A DNA stretch of 64,000 nt from Candidatus Bathyarchaeia archaeon (GTDB lineage Archaea; Thermoproteota; Bathyarchaeia; 40CM-2-53-6; DTGE01): NCBI GenBank assembly GCA_038852285.1, contig JAWCKG010000005.1, positions 16,812 to 80,811 of the forward strand, read 5' to 3'. Both the position numbers and the translations under genes were made by a program. The notes beneath the pieces were generated by a model. The model did not search any database and had not been told where the DNA came from. It saw only the letters and a program-made list of their open reading frames with translations. Shown here one piece after another: positions 1 through 10,485 of this stretch. Numbering within the stretch: position 1 is the first letter of the stretch; the number at the start of each line of letters is the position of its first letter.

Positions 1-1
1 A

Positions 2-1321
2 CCGACACTAACGCCAACACCTACTCCAACGCCCACCCCTACCGTTAAGCCAACTCCAACACCAAGTCCTACGGCGCCTCCTGTAAGCTTAAAACTTGTG
101 TGGTATGTGGCGTATCCGGATCAAATAACGGAGTTTAGAAAGCTCTATCCAAACGTGACGATTGACGCTTGGTACACGGATTATGGGTCGATGATCGGGA
201 GATTGTTCGCGACTCAGGGCAAAGAGGACGACTTAATTCAGCATTACACAGGCACCGTTTGGCTCATGTGGCCTACTGGAACAGTGAAATCAGTACCCGT
301 TTCAGAGCTGCCAAGATGGAAGACGGGTAATGTAACGCCCATCTGGTCCGATCCTGAAAAATACTTTGGAGCCGGCATTTCCAAGGAGGATTCAGCGAAA
401 ATGGCGCCGCTTATAAAAAGAGATCTATGGGTGCCGGGGAAGGAAGAGAAGGAGTTCATCCTAACGCCCCACGTGTACAATATGGATTCAGGTGGATGGG
501 ACCCTGAAATGATACCCGACAAGGAGATTCATACGATGGGCGAATTGCTAAACAGGGAATGGAAGGGAAAAGTAGCCATCTCCGATATAGCAAACTCAGC
601 GATCGCAAGAATCGCGAACTATTTGGACTACACTGGCCAGCTGAAGGTGGAAAACGTCAGCGACCTGAAGCCAAACGAGCTCACTAAAGTGATAGACGTG
701 ATGATCGAGCATAAGAAGGCAGGCCAGTTTAAAGCGTTCTGGCCTGGATACGCCTACGCTGTCGCCTTACATGTAGCCCGGGAAATATACATCTCGGATG
801 TATGGCAGAACGGGGTATACGACGTTAGGAAAGCGGGCGTCCCACTCTACCAGGTGATCGCCGACGAAGGCCATGATGGATGGTTTAGCGGATACTTCAT
901 CGGAGCGGGAACTGGAGCGGACAAGCTTCCCTGGTGCTATAAGTTCATAGATTTCGGGTTCAGCGGCGTCATGACAAGGTATATAGGATCTATAACGACA
1001 TACTATACTTCAACGGGGCCGGTGTCTCAGGAATGCAAAGACGCCATGGGCCCTGAGTTCTGGGGCTGGTTCTATGGAGGCAAGAGAACCTACAAACCGA
1101 TTACTGATTTGTTCCCCAATAGATCGGAGCGAATCGCCCAAGCCTTGTTTGAACCAGAGCACTATACATGGTCGATGACCTCTGGAAAAGAGGATCCTAA
1201 AGGGAACCTGAGAGACGGGGGAGAGTATTTCACGAGGATAGGTAGGATTAGATGTTGGGGCGGCTTTCCCACAAACGCTGAAAAATACACTGAGGAGTGG
1301 TCTAGGCTTAAAGCCGCCTAA
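2..1321 (+). CDS. ABC transporter extracellular solute-binding protein, N-terminally truncated by the window edge. A Pro/Thr-rich linker precedes the globular domain.
   Basis: The frame stays open from nt 2 (PTLTPTPTPTPTPTVKPTPTPSPTAPP...) into the annotated 407-aa ORF. The PT-repeat linker is typical of archaeal surface-anchored binding proteins. Two ABC permeases follow immediately downstream. Confidence 0.55.
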   Translation, partial: PTLTPTPTPTPTPTVKPTPTPSPTAPPVSLKLVWYVAYPDQITEFRKLYPNVTIDAWYTDYGSMIGRLFATQGKEDDLIQHYTGTVWLMWPTGTVKSVPVSELPRWKTGNVTPIWSDPEKYFGAGISKEDSAKMAPLIKRDLWVPGKEEKEFILTPHVYNMDSGGWDPEMIPDKEIHTMGELLNREWKGKVAISDIANSAIARIANYLDYTGQLKVENVSDLKPNELTKVIDVMIEHKKAGQFKAFWPGYAYAVALHVAREIYISDVWQNGVYDVRKAGVPLYQVIADEGHDGWFSGYFIGAGTGADKLPWCYKFIDFGFSGVMTRYIGSITTYYTSTGPVSQECKDAMGPEFWGWFYGGKRTYKPITDLFPNRSERIAQALFEPEHYTWSMTSGKEDPKGNLRDGGEYFTRIGRIRCWGGFPTNAEKYTEEWSRLKAA

Positions 1322-1431
1322 AACCCCCTTTTTTAACTATCATATTTTATTATGGTATGAGTGGAATCTAGAGTTCAATATAACCAGGCTTCGTGGACGC
1401 GTTTTCGCGTAGTGGTGGTTGGTGAGCCTCC

Positions 1432-2277
1432 ATGAATAAAAGAACGTTGTTGGGATTGCCAGGTTTGACGTGGTATACTCTATTCCTGCTCGCACCTCTA
1501 GGAATCACTGTGGTGAGCAGTTTTCTCAGCTCATCTGTGGGAGGCGGTTTAAAGCCCTCCTTCACGCCAGCGAACTATTTAGCCATTCTAAGGGATCCTA
1601 CCAACGTGAGTCTGCTTTTGTTCACGTTGAGGCTTTCCTTAATAGTTACGGCGTTAAGTTTCATAGTCGGCTACATCTTAGGATACTACTTGGCGTTGAT
1701 GGTGAGAAGCGTACCGGTGAAGATGGCGTTGTTCTTCCTTTTCCTGACGCCGTTCTGGATTGAAACCACCACTAAGGCGATTTCATGGTTTCCCGTGTTG
1801 GGTGAAAGCGGTTTTCTCAACGTGCTACTGATGAAGGTGGGTTTGATCAGAGAGCCGATATCGATCTTCCTGTTTTCCCAGTTTTCAGCGACGATGGTGA
1901 TGGTTGTGACGTATTTTTTGATGATGGCGGCGCCTGTCTTTTTAACTTTAAGTAGGATGGATCCAGTTTTGCTGGATGCCGCTCAGTCGCTTGGAGCCGA
2001 TAAGATTCGAACATTTTACCACATAACATGGAAGTTGTCTCTGCCCGGAGTAATCATCGGCGTCGCCTTTGTCTTTGTTCTCAGCGTCAGCGACTTCGCC
2101 ACACCCTCAATCATGGGAGGAGTTATACAGACGATTGGGATGCAGATCGCTTATCAAACGTTTTCTCTAGCCAACTTCGCAGCGGCTTCAGCTTATTCGA
2201 CGATCATAACGGCGATAACCTTAGGGGTTGTCGCTTTGCTTTTCAAGGTTGTAGACGTGACGAGGCTTATCTTCTAG
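1432..2277 (+). CDS. ABC transporter permease (binding-protein-dependent inner membrane component)
   Basis: Multi-TM protein with an EAA-like loop (AAQSLGADKIRTFYHITWKLSLPG). Adjacent to the SBP gene and a second permease. Confidence 0.75.
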   Translation: MNKRTLLGLPGLTWYTLFLLAPLGITVVSSFLSSSVGGGLKPSFTPANYLAILRDPTNVSLLLFTLRLSLIVTALSFIVGYILGYYLALMVRSVPVKMALFFLFLTPFWIETTTKAISWFPVLGESGFLNVLLMKVGLIREPISIFLFSQFSATMVMVVTYFLMMAAPVFLTLSRMDPVLLDAAQSLGADKIRTFYHITWKLSLPGVIIGVAFVFVLSVSDFATPSIMGGVIQTIGMQIAYQTFSLANFAAASAYSTIITAITLGVVALLFKVVDVTRLIF

Positions 2278-2280
2278 GGG

Positions 2281-3072
2281 ATGAGCGCGATGAAGTTTAG
2301 CTTGAAGGGCCTGGTTTCTTTCTTCGTGTTTTTAATGCTGATCATCGTTTACTCTCCGATCATAATGATGATGATTTTCTCTTTTAACAGCGGTCGTAGA
2401 ACGACCTTTCCTTTCGAAAGCTTTAGCGTTCGATGGTATGCAGAGCTCTTCCATAAAAGGGAGCTGATGAACGCCTTAGGATCATCGTTTATGTTGGCGA
2501 TTGCCGTCGCGTTCATCACCCTAGGAATCGTCGTCTCCATGGGCTTATTTTTAAGAGGGTTAACTAGGGGAAGAAAGATGGTGTTTTACATCGTCGCTCT
2601 TGGCATCATCGTTCCAGGCATATCCTACGGTTTGGGAACAGGAATCCTTTACCGGATGTTGAACATACGGTTGTCAAGCTGGACGGCTCTGCCTGTCCAT
2701 GTGGTTTGGGCGGTGCCGTGGGGCTTGATAATTTTATTGACGGCCTTCACCCCCGAGCTGGCGACGTATGAGGAAGCGGCGAGGACGCTGGGAGCCTCTG
2801 AATTGGAGGTTTTCAGAGAGGTAACGATGCCTTTGATCTCCTCGGAGATGATGGCCGCCGCTTTATTCGGATTCCTGCTCTCCTGGGGTGAGTTGATAAG
2901 AAGCATGTTTGTGGCAGGGGGCGCCGCCACAATGCCGGTGTTCATCTATGGCTTCTTGTACGCCTCTCCACCCACGCCCATGCTCTACTCTCTAGGAACA
3001 TTAAACGTGGCTTTCTCATTCATCCTCATGATCGGCGTTGTGACGATGCTTAGAAGGAGGAGTGCCCCTTAG
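2281..3072 (+). CDS. ABC transporter permease
   Basis: Multi-TM protein with an EAA loop (EEAARTLGASELEVFREVTMPLIS). Lies 4 nt after the previous permease. Confidence 0.75.
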   Translation: MSAMKFSLKGLVSFFVFLMLIIVYSPIIMMMIFSFNSGRRTTFPFESFSVRWYAELFHKRELMNALGSSFMLAIAVAFITLGIVVSMGLFLRGLTRGRKMVFYIVALGIIVPGISYGLGTGILYRMLNIRLSSWTALPVHVVWAVPWGLIILLTAFTPELATYEEAARTLGASELEVFREVTMPLISSEMMAAALFGFLLSWGELIRSMFVAGGAATMPVFIYGFLYASPPTPMLYSLGTLNVAFSFILMIGVVTMLRRRSAP

Positions 3073-3087
3073 GAGGCTTAGTGGGAT

Positions 3088-4818
3088 TTAAGGCTCAGCG
3101 GTTTCCAATCTATGCTCCCTGTACAGTTTCTTCCTGTATTCTCGGCTCCTAGAAACCTCTATCATTTTCTCGGCTTTAGCCTTCCCCTCTAACGCTCTCG
3201 CCTTTACATAGTCGTCGATCCGCAGTATCATGCATGCGGCCTCAACGGCCGAGGAAATGGCGAACTCCTTCACGGCCAGCAGGTCATACACCCTCAAAGC
3301 GGACATGTCGACTATTTTACCTTCCAACGCGTCGAATCCCACATGTTTTTCCCCGCTTCTATGTTTGGCTTTCATCGTTGGCAGTATGGTCAGCGGGTCT
3401 AGACCAGCGTTTTTAATCAAGGCCTCGACTGGACGGATGATGGAATCGGCGAAGCGTTGGATGATGATTCTCCTCAGGGGTTCCGCCTCGCGGGCTTCGA
3501 CGTGTAGCATCCTTGAAACCTCTAAATCGGCCGCCCCGCCGGCGAAGACCACTTTAGGGTTTTTGAAGACCATGTTTAGAACGGTCAACGCGCATCTCAC
3601 TTTCCTCTCCCACTTATTTAACGATCTTTCAGATAACCCCTTTAACAATAGGGTGAGGGAGCGTGGGTTTCGGCATCCCTCTATGAACATCCAATCATGG
3701 CCATGATGTTTTCGGACCTCTACCAGCCTCGCGTAGCCTAAAGCTTTGTCAGAAACGTCGTTTACATCGTATACGATTTGGCCGCCTGTAGCCTGGGCGA
3801 TCCTCTCTAAGTCCTCTATGGTGAATCGCCTCACAACCAATATGCCCGCGTCGGAGAGCATCTTAGCCGCCAGGGGGTCGATTCCCTGCTCTAAAATGAC
3901 AACGTTGGCGCCGGCTTCCCTTATTCTCCTCACCGTACCCCGGAGCCTGTTAACCCTGTTTTCCCTCACCGCTTCGATTTCAGCGGGATCTTCAATCGAA
4001 ATCGTATGTTCATAATCGGTGTAACCTCTCTTTTTATCGCGGATTTCGCCTTTAAGGACCAGAATGGAGGCGTTTGAAACCATTCTCGGCATGCTTTCGT
4101 CAGCCGGCTCTCTTCTAACGGCGAAGCCGTCTACGAGCCTTGACTCCTCTAATGAGCCTCCCTCCACATTCGTAATTCGAATTGCGTTTAAATCGAAGCC
4201 CTCTCCTTGTTTTTTCCTCAACTTTAAGGCGGCTTCCACGCATAGCTCCCCGAGTTTCTTAGCCTCCTCTGGGAATATATTGGATGCCAGCCATGTTAAC
4301 TCAAGTTTATTCGCGACGTCTAAATCTACGGCTAAGTGTCGGTAATGTTGAATGGCTCTGGCGGCGGCCCATCCGTATCCCTCTATGACTTCATGGGGTG
4401 AAAACCCTTGCTCTATGAGTTTCCTGCTCTCTGAGAGGAGGCTTGCCGTAAGGAGGACCGTTGTCTTCCTACCGTCACCCACCTCTTTTCCCAAGGCCGT
4501 TACAAGAGAGGCCATGGATTTGGCGATAGGGTAGTCGAACTCTAACTTTTCGAACATGGTTTGACAGTCCTCGGTCACCCATACGACGCCGTCGCCTCCA
4601 ATGATCATTTTTTCGAGTCCTCTCGGCCCGTAAGTCGATTCGACCAGCTCTCCTAAAACCTCTACGACGACGATGTTGTTTACGCGGAAATCTTCACCCG
4701 AATACCTTTCAACCTCCCTGCTTAGAATGGTTGGTTTCTCGATCACGCTGTGCGAAATGGGCTTCCTAGAGAAGTCTACTCTCTGAAACCTTTCCGTCAA
4801 CGCTTTATAGGGATGCAA
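3088..4818 (-). CDS. Thermosome-like group II chaperonin paralog, divergent
   Basis: Motifs: GPRGLEKMI (cf. GPKGMDKML), VFAGGAADLE, and C-terminal ILRIDDYV. The canonical GDGTTT nucleotide-binding loop reads GDGRKTT. There is an N-terminal extension of roughly 35 aa. Confidence 0.8.
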   Translation of the reverse strand: MHPYKALTERFQRVDFSRKPISHSVIEKPTILSREVERYSGEDFRVNNIVVVEVLGELVESTYGPRGLEKMIIGGDGVVWVTEDCQTMFEKLEFDYPIAKSMASLVTALGKEVGDGRKTTVLLTASLLSESRKLIEQGFSPHEVIEGYGWAAARAIQHYRHLAVDLDVANKLELTWLASNIFPEEAKKLGELCVEAALKLRKKQGEGFDLNAIRITNVEGGSLEESRLVDGFAVRREPADESMPRMVSNASILVLKGEIRDKKRGYTDYEHTISIEDPAEIEAVRENRVNRLRGTVRRIREAGANVVILEQGIDPLAAKMLSDAGILVVRRFTIEDLERIAQATGGQIVYDVNDVSDKALGYARLVEVRKHHGHDWMFIEGCRNPRSLTLLLKGLSERSLNKWERKVRCALTVLNMVFKNPKVVFAGGAADLEVSRMLHVEAREAEPLRRIIIQRFADSIIRPVEALIKNAGLDPLTILPTMKAKHRSGEKHVGFDALEGKIVDMSALRVYDLLAVKEFAISSAVEAACMILRIDDYVKARALEGKAKAEKMIEVSRSREYRKKLYREHRLETAEP

Positions 4819-4843
4819 TGGGTTCTCTTCCCTACGGTTTTTT

Positions 4844-5584
4844 TTAAGTTGCCGAATGGCCTCTTATAAAGTCCCATTCCTCTAGGATTTCGTTCACGGT
4901 TTTCATCCTGGCGAATTTTCTTTTCCAAATGTCTAGGCATGCATTCTGAATTTCCGGCCATATGGTTCCAACGGCGTCTACGGCCACTGTAATCCTGTAT
5001 TCTCTGTGGAAACCGCTTTTGATGGTTGAGTCGACGCATATATCCGTCATGACGCCGCATACATAGAGGTATTTCACGCTTTTGGAGCGTAGCTCGCTGT
5101 CTAAAGGTGTTTCGTGGAAAGCGTCGTAACCGCATTTTTCTATCACTACTTCTCCGGGGATTGGTTTTAATTCGTCCACGATCTCGGTTGATGGGTCTCC
5201 TCTCAGGCAACAGCTTGAAGGATGATACGGACCGATTGGCGCGCCAGGTTGATGCTCGAACACCTCCGGGGCGAAGGGGTAGGAGCTTAACCTTAAGCTG
5301 CCTGGTTCATGAATGTATTTCGTGAACACTACGCTAAGCCCGATTTTCCTCGCTTTATCCAACAGCTTTTTAATGTTCGGGAGGCAAACGGTCCTACCGG
5401 CGGGGACCTCTAGGGCAGCTCCCTCCTCTAAAAAGCCCCTCTGCATGTCGACAATCAGCAGGCAGGCTTCCCTCAGGCTAGTGGGCTTTAAGTATTCGTC
5501 GATAAGCCTTTGCTTAGCCTCCTTCAAATCATCTATAGGGGCCTCCGACCTGAAAACCTTTAAAGCGTCCTCGAAATTCACCAT
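4844..5584 (-). CDS. Isochorismatase-family cysteine hydrolase
   Basis: LLIVDMQRGF and CGVMTDICVDST motifs typical of the isochorismatase/nicotinamidase fold. Confidence 0.75.
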   Translation of the reverse strand: MVNFEDALKVFRSEAPIDDLKEAKQRLIDEYLKPTSLREACLLIVDMQRGFLEEGAALEVPAGRTVCLPNIKKLLDKARKIGLSVVFTKYIHEPGSLRLSSYPFAPEVFEHQPGAPIGPYHPSSCCLRGDPSTEIVDELKPIPGEVVIEKCGYDAFHETPLDSELRSKSVKYLYVCGVMTDICVDSTIKSGFHREYRITVAVDAVGTIWPEIQNACLDIWKRKFARMKTVNEILEEWDFIRGHSAT

Positions 5585-5734
5585 TATTATTTACCCATCC
5601 CATATCATATTTTCTCGCGCCAACCCTATTTAAAGTAGGCTTACAGTTTAAGGGCGTTTAACGAGTAAGATAGGAGCCTAGAGGAGGGCCGACCCCAAAA
5701 CGACAGTTTAAGAGAGCAGAGCGTGAAGGTAATT

Positions 5735-6712
5735 TTATTTTCTAACCGAGCGTTTTAGCCCGAACATTGATTCTTTGGTTAAGTCCATAAACACTCCTTT
5801 TTCGCCGCCCAATGTTAAGACGATTTTTTTGTCGGCGGTGGCTTGTCCCACTTGACCTACCGTTAACCCACATTTCTCGAAGATTTCACTGCATTCTGAG
5901 GCGCGGTCGGTGGCGAGGATGAACCCTACGCTGGGATACATGGTTAGCCAATCTGAGAGGTTGACGGAGTCAGGCCTGGGGATTTTCTCAAGGTTGCACG
6001 TCACGCCCATTCCGCTGCTTTCACACATCATCGTTAGGCTGCCGATGACTCCGGGCGCTGAGATGTCTCTAGACGCGTGGGCTAGATTTTTTTCCGCTAT
6101 GGTCATCATGGATGAAAGCTTCCGCTCCACGTCGCTTCGACTTGACTCTACGATGGAGTCGAAGCATCTGATCCATCTCCTCGTTTTAGCTGAGCCGGCT
6201 AGGTCTATGGCCACTAGGATTTTATCGCCAACCATCATTCCCCCGCTGGGTATGATTTGAGAGGCTACACCGATCACCGCCGCGTCGATGGATTCATAGG
6301 TTTGATCTGGATGCGTGTGGCCCTTCAACACCTTTAACCCGTACATGTCTACGCCGGCCTTAACTCCTTCAGCCATCCTTAACCGGTTTTCCCTACTCGG
6401 AGAGGATATGACGTTTACATATCCTATCGGCTTAGCGCCCTTTGCCACCACATCGTTTACGTTCACCACTACCGAGTAGAGCCCGGCCATGTATGGGTTA
6501 AGCTTCACAAGGTCTTCGAGGATTCCGTCAGTTGACACGACGACTTTTAACCCCGCTACTTCGATGAAGCCAGCGTCGTCCAGTTGCAGATCCCCGAACA
6601 CCCTTAAAATGTCTCCTAAACAGCTCTTTCTAGTGAATCCTCGAAACCCTTTACACAACTCTATGATTTCCTTCACGCTCATCGTCAGTCGACATGGCAT
6701 GGGATTTAACAA
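5735..6712 (-). CDS. AIR synthase-related protein (PurM superfamily, ThiL/HypE-like)
   Basis: DDAG...VVSTDGILEDL N-domain motif, glycine-rich C-domain, about 325 aa. Confidence 0.6.
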   Translation of the reverse strand: MLNPMPCRLTMSVKEIIELCKGFRGFTRKSCLGDILRVFGDLQLDDAGFIEVAGLKVVVSTDGILEDLVKLNPYMAGLYSVVVNVNDVVAKGAKPIGYVNVISSPSRENRLRMAEGVKAGVDMYGLKVLKGHTHPDQTYESIDAAVIGVASQIIPSGGMMVGDKILVAIDLAGSAKTRRWIRCFDSIVESSRSDVERKLSSMMTIAEKNLAHASRDISAPGVIGSLTMMCESSGMGVTCNLEKIPRPDSVNLSDWLTMYPSVGFILATDRASECSEIFEKCGLTVGQVGQATADKKIVLTLGGEKGVFMDLTKESMFGLKRSVRK

Positions 6713-6775
6713 GATTTAAAAGTTGAGGTGTGAAACTCGATTCAAATTCATGTAAATGGAGGGAGGAGTCAAAGG

Positions 6776-7552
6776 TTGAGAAAGGTGTTTTTAGGTGAAA
6801 TGACTAGAACGGAGGTTGAAGAATATCTGAAGAGTGGAAATAGAATCATTGTTCCAACAGGCTCCGTAGAGCAGCATGGACGGCATTTGCCGCTTCTAAC
6901 GGATACATTTATCCCCTTAGAGGTCGCGAGAAGGGTGGCGCTTGAAGTAAACGCTTTGGTCGCCCCCCCGATCAGTTATGGGCTTTCCCAGGTGCACAGC
7001 GGGTTTAAGGGATCAGCCTGGTTCACGTTGAAGACCTATATCGGCGTCATCGAGGATGTATGTGTAAGCTTGGCTGAAAGCGGGTTTAAAAGAATCATAT
7101 TCTTAAACGGCCATTACGACAACGAGCTCGCTATGTACGTGGCTTTAAAAGATGTTGCCGGAACCGAGAAGATTCCAGGGGACGTAAGAATAATGGCCTT
7201 CTCCTACTGGAACGCCTTACCACCGGACGTAGGCGTCAAGTACTTGAGCTTTGAAGCTGGATGGCACTCCAACATCGGGGAGACGGCGGCTATGCTCGCC
7301 ATAAGGCCTGAGCTGGTGGGCATGAATCGCGCTAAAGCAGAGTGGCCCAAGTTAGCGAAGGACTCCATGCTCGTATTCACCGTGATCACAGACGCCAAAG
7401 GCGCTTGGAAAAAGCTAGCCCCCAAGGTGGGGGTCTGGGGAGACCCCACCAAGGCCACGAAGGAAATGGGAGAGGAATTTCTAAAGAAAATCACCGAGAG
7501 CGTCGTTAAGGCTATCAACGACGTAGAGGAAGCCTACAAGAAAATGGGTTAG
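6776..7552 (+). CDS. Creatininase-family amidohydrolase
   Basis: N-terminal ...EVEEYLKSGNRIIVPTGSVEQHGRHLPLLTD... matches the creatinine amidohydrolase/ArfB-family signature. Confidence 0.7.
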   Translation: MRKVFLGEMTRTEVEEYLKSGNRIIVPTGSVEQHGRHLPLLTDTFIPLEVARRVALEVNALVAPPISYGLSQVHSGFKGSAWFTLKTYIGVIEDVCVSLAESGFKRIIFLNGHYDNELAMYVALKDVAGTEKIPGDVRIMAFSYWNALPPDVGVKYLSFEAGWHSNIGETAAMLAIRPELVGMNRAKAEWPKLAKDSMLVFTVITDAKGAWKKLAPKVGVWGDPTKATKEMGEEFLKKITESVVKAINDVEEAYKKMG

Positions 7553-7569
7553 AAGTGTGGTTAAAGGGT

Positions 7570-8220
7570 TTACCTCTCAGCTTTTAGGATCCTCCAACTC
7601 AGGTAGAAGGTGGAGGATAACATTCCGATGGCGGCAGCCGCGTAGAGAATCTTTGCTAACCAAACGCTCAATCCTAATAATGCGATAAACGTAATGCCTA
7701 TAGTTCCACCGCATGACCCGCATCCACCCACCCATAGAGCTGCGTTTAGAAGGGACGACGCCAAGGCGCTTAGAGGACTAGCGTAAAGCCCTCCCCTATT
7801 CAACCTTGAAATAGCCCTGCGTGGGCATCGGAACCTATTAAAATGGGAGTAATCATACGCCACGGTTAAGTATAAACCCGTCAAAAAGGCCATGGGAATC
7901 AGCGCCAATAGGTCCTTTATTTTAAACGTAAACTCCCAGTCCACTTTTCCCAGAGTAATCCCGTAAAAAGCCATCAAGGTGTGATCAAGAAAGAAGAATG
8001 CTCTTTTCCAGGAAGATATCCCCCACCCTAACACCTCTAACGCCTCTAAGAGATTAGAAACACGTGCCTGCATTGAATCTTTAAAATACATCATCGGAGT
8101 CACCGTGGAAAGGGCGATAAATATACTGTAGTATAGGAGAATGCCGACTAAAGACACTACCTTATGGGAAATAAGGGCCTTTTTCAAGTAACCTATAATA
8201 TTTTTTACCTGCCTTAACAT
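7570..8220 (-). CDS. Integral membrane protein of unknown function
   Basis: Multiple hydrophobic helices and a CGSCGG motif. No recognised family. Confidence 0.45.
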   Translation of the reverse strand: MLRQVKNIIGYLKKALISHKVVSLVGILLYYSIFIALSTVTPMMYFKDSMQARVSNLLEALEVLGWGISSWKRAFFFLDHTLMAFYGITLGKVDWEFTFKIKDLLALIPMAFLTGLYLTVAYDYSHFNRFRCPRRAISRLNRGGLYASPLSALASSLLNAALWVGGCGSCGGTIGITFIALLGLSVWLAKILYAAAAIGMLSSTFYLSWRILKAER

Positions 8221-8532
8221 GGATAGCCTCGAAAAACTCGTCTAAACCCACCATTCAATAGGTTTGACAGGTGCTCTTAAAAAGCGTTTCCTCCTCAAAA
8301 ACCATGTGTTAAGAACCTTCAAATCTGCGTTGCCTACTGCCACCGGCTTAGCTAAACCAATAAATCCACACCCGGGGAAGGCCCAGCACTCAATCTTCGT
8401 CACTCATCCTCAAGAAACATCAGTAAAGATTGAGATTTTTTACGTAACTTCCGCTCTTCCTACGCTCGCAAAGGAGAAAAGGTTTAATACTAATGGCATT
8501 GTCTTATGGCCGAAATTTCTATGGTGCGTTGA

Positions 8533-10485
8533 ATGAGACGAAACCTTGTAGAGAAGATCGTTGAAGCCCACCTTGTAGAGGGCGAATTAAAGCCCGGACG
8601 GGAGATAGCACTGAAAATCGATCAAGTCCTCATCCAAGACGCGACAGGAACAACCGTAGCCCTAGAATATGAGAGCATGAACTTGGGACGGGTGAAGACC
8701 AATCCGTCCGTGATATACGTGGATCATAACACTCTTCAAACAGGGTTCGAAAACGCGGATGACCATAGGTACTTGCAGACCTTCGCGGCTAAATATGGAC
8801 TGTACTTTTCTAAGCCGGGCAACGGGATTTGCCATCAAGTAAATCTGGAAAGGTTTAGCAGGCCAGGTAGAACATTGCTGGGATCTGATTCACATACCCC
8901 CATGGCTGGAGCGGTCGCCATGCTCGGAATCGGGGCGGGCGGCCTTGACGTAGTCTTAGCCATGGCTGGACAACCCTTCTACACAACCATGCCAAAGGTG
9001 GTTGGAGTAGAATTGAAGGGTAAACTGAAGCCCTGGGTCAGCGGAAAGGACATCGCCCTAGAGATGTTGAGAAGACTCGGCGTCAAAGGCGGGTTGGGTA
9101 AAGCCTTCGAATACTACGGAGATGGCTTGAAACATCTCAGCGTCTCAGCCAGGGCCACCATCTGCAACATGGGCACAGAGATGGGAGCCACCACCTCCAT
9201 ATTCCCCTCAGACCAAGTTACGAAAAGGTTTTTTGAAGCTCAACAAAGGCTTAGGGATTGGAAACCTCTTCAACCCGACGGGAACGCCGAGTACGATGAG
9301 TACTTGGAGGTAAACCTTGAAGGACTTGAGCCTTTAATCGCATGTCCCTCTTCACCGGACAACGTTAAACCAGTTCGAGAGGTCGAGGGAATTAAGGTTC
9401 ATCAGGTTTTAGTGGGAAGCTGCGTCAACTCCTCTCTTGAGGACTTGATGCTTGTAAGCAAACTGCTGGCTCGACATGGGATTCACCCCGAGGTCAGCTT
9501 CGCCGTCGCCCCGGGGTCTAGGCAGGTGCTTGAAGCGCTAGCTGAAAAAGGGGCTTTAAAAGCCATCATCGCGGGCGGGGCTAGGATGCTTGAAAGCGCC
9601 TGCGATGGATGCATTGGAATGGGACAAGCCCCTCCAACCGACGCGGTTTCGCTTCGAACATACAACCGAAACTACCCGGGTCGTAGCGGAACTAGAGGCG
9701 ACAAGGTGTATCTGTGTAGCCCCCAGGTAGCTGCAGCCTCGGCCATAAGGGGGGTGATCACCGACCCGAGGAAGCTGGGTACGCCGCCAAGGATCCCAAC
9801 ACCTAACAGGTTCCCCGTAAACGACCGCCACATTATACCGCCTTCGGAAAGGTGGGAAGAGGTTCAAGTCATTAGAGGGCCTAACATCAAGCCAATACCA
9901 TTAGGTAAACCTTTGGACCAAAGCCTAGGCGGGGAGGTATTATTGAAGCTGGGGGACGATGTCACGACGGACCAAATAATGCCTGCTGGAAGCCAGATCC
10001 TACCTTTGAGAAGCAACATTTTAAAGCTCAGCGAATTCGTTTTTAAGCATGTGGATCCCTCCTTCGCTGAGAGGGCGAGGAGGCTTGGTGGAGGAATCAT
10101 CGTCGCGGGGGAAAATTATGGTCAAGGCTCGTCGAGGGAGCATGCCGCTCTCGCCCCAGCGTACCTAGGGGTTAAAGCGGTCATGGCTAAAAGCTTCGCC
10201 AGAATACATAGGGACAACTTAATCAACTTCGCCGTAATACCCCTCCGATTCAAGCATAAGGAGGATTACGGGAAAATAGAGGTAGGAGATTACATCGAAT
10301 TGCCACATATACTGGAGAGGTTAAGGGAGCATAGAAACATGGGCTTTGAGGCCTCAGATATCGGGGCGTATAACAGATCTAAGGGATTTGCGTTCACCTT
10401 GATCAACGATTTAACGAGGAGACAAGTGGACATAGTAATCTATGGAGGCGCCCTTAACTACGCCCTTCAGAGGCTGAATCCTTAG
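8533..10485 (+). CDS. Aconitase-family hydratase with fused large and small domains
   Basis: 650 aa. Carries GSDSHT, the catalytic Cys ligands (GSCVNSS, CDGCIGMG) and the C-terminal swivel-domain motif SREHAALAP. Confidence 0.85.
   Translation: MRRNLVEKIVEAHLVEGELKPGREIALKIDQVLIQDATGTTVALEYESMNLGRVKTNPSVIYVDHNTLQTGFENADDHRYLQTFAAKYGLYFSKPGNGICHQVNLERFSRPGRTLLGSDSHTPMAGAVAMLGIGAGGLDVVLAMAGQPFYTTMPKVVGVELKGKLKPWVSGKDIALEMLRRLGVKGGLGKAFEYYGDGLKHLSVSARATICNMGTEMGATTSIFPSDQVTKRFFEAQQRLRDWKPLQPDGNAEYDEYLEVNLEGLEPLIACPSSPDNVKPVREVEGIKVHQVLVGSCVNSSLEDLMLVSKLLARHGIHPEVSFAVAPGSRQVLEALAEKGALKAIIAGGARMLESACDGCIGMGQAPPTDAVSLRTYNRNYPGRSGTRGDKVYLCSPQVAAASAIRGVITDPRKLGTPPRIPTPNRFPVNDRHIIPPSERWEEVQVIRGPNIKPIPLGKPLDQSLGGEVLLKLGDDVTTDQIMPAGSQILPLRSNILKLSEFVFKHVDPSFAERARRLGGGIIVAGENYGQGSSREHAALAPAYLGVKAVMAKSFARIHRDNLINFAVIPLRFKHKEDYGKIEVGDYIELPHILERLREHRNMGFEASDIGAYNRSKGFAFTLINDLTRRQVDIVIYGGALNYALQRLNP

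Noticed and set aside
3230-4534. Several 60-158 aa plus-strand ORFs inside the thermosome gene
   Set aside because: They are antisense to a strongly supported CDS and have low-complexity Ser/Ala/Pro-rich translations typical of shadow ORFs.
8264-8536. 90-aa ORF overlapping the aconitase start
   Set aside because: No motifs and odd composition. It overlaps the promoter/leader of the aconitase gene and is likely noncoding.
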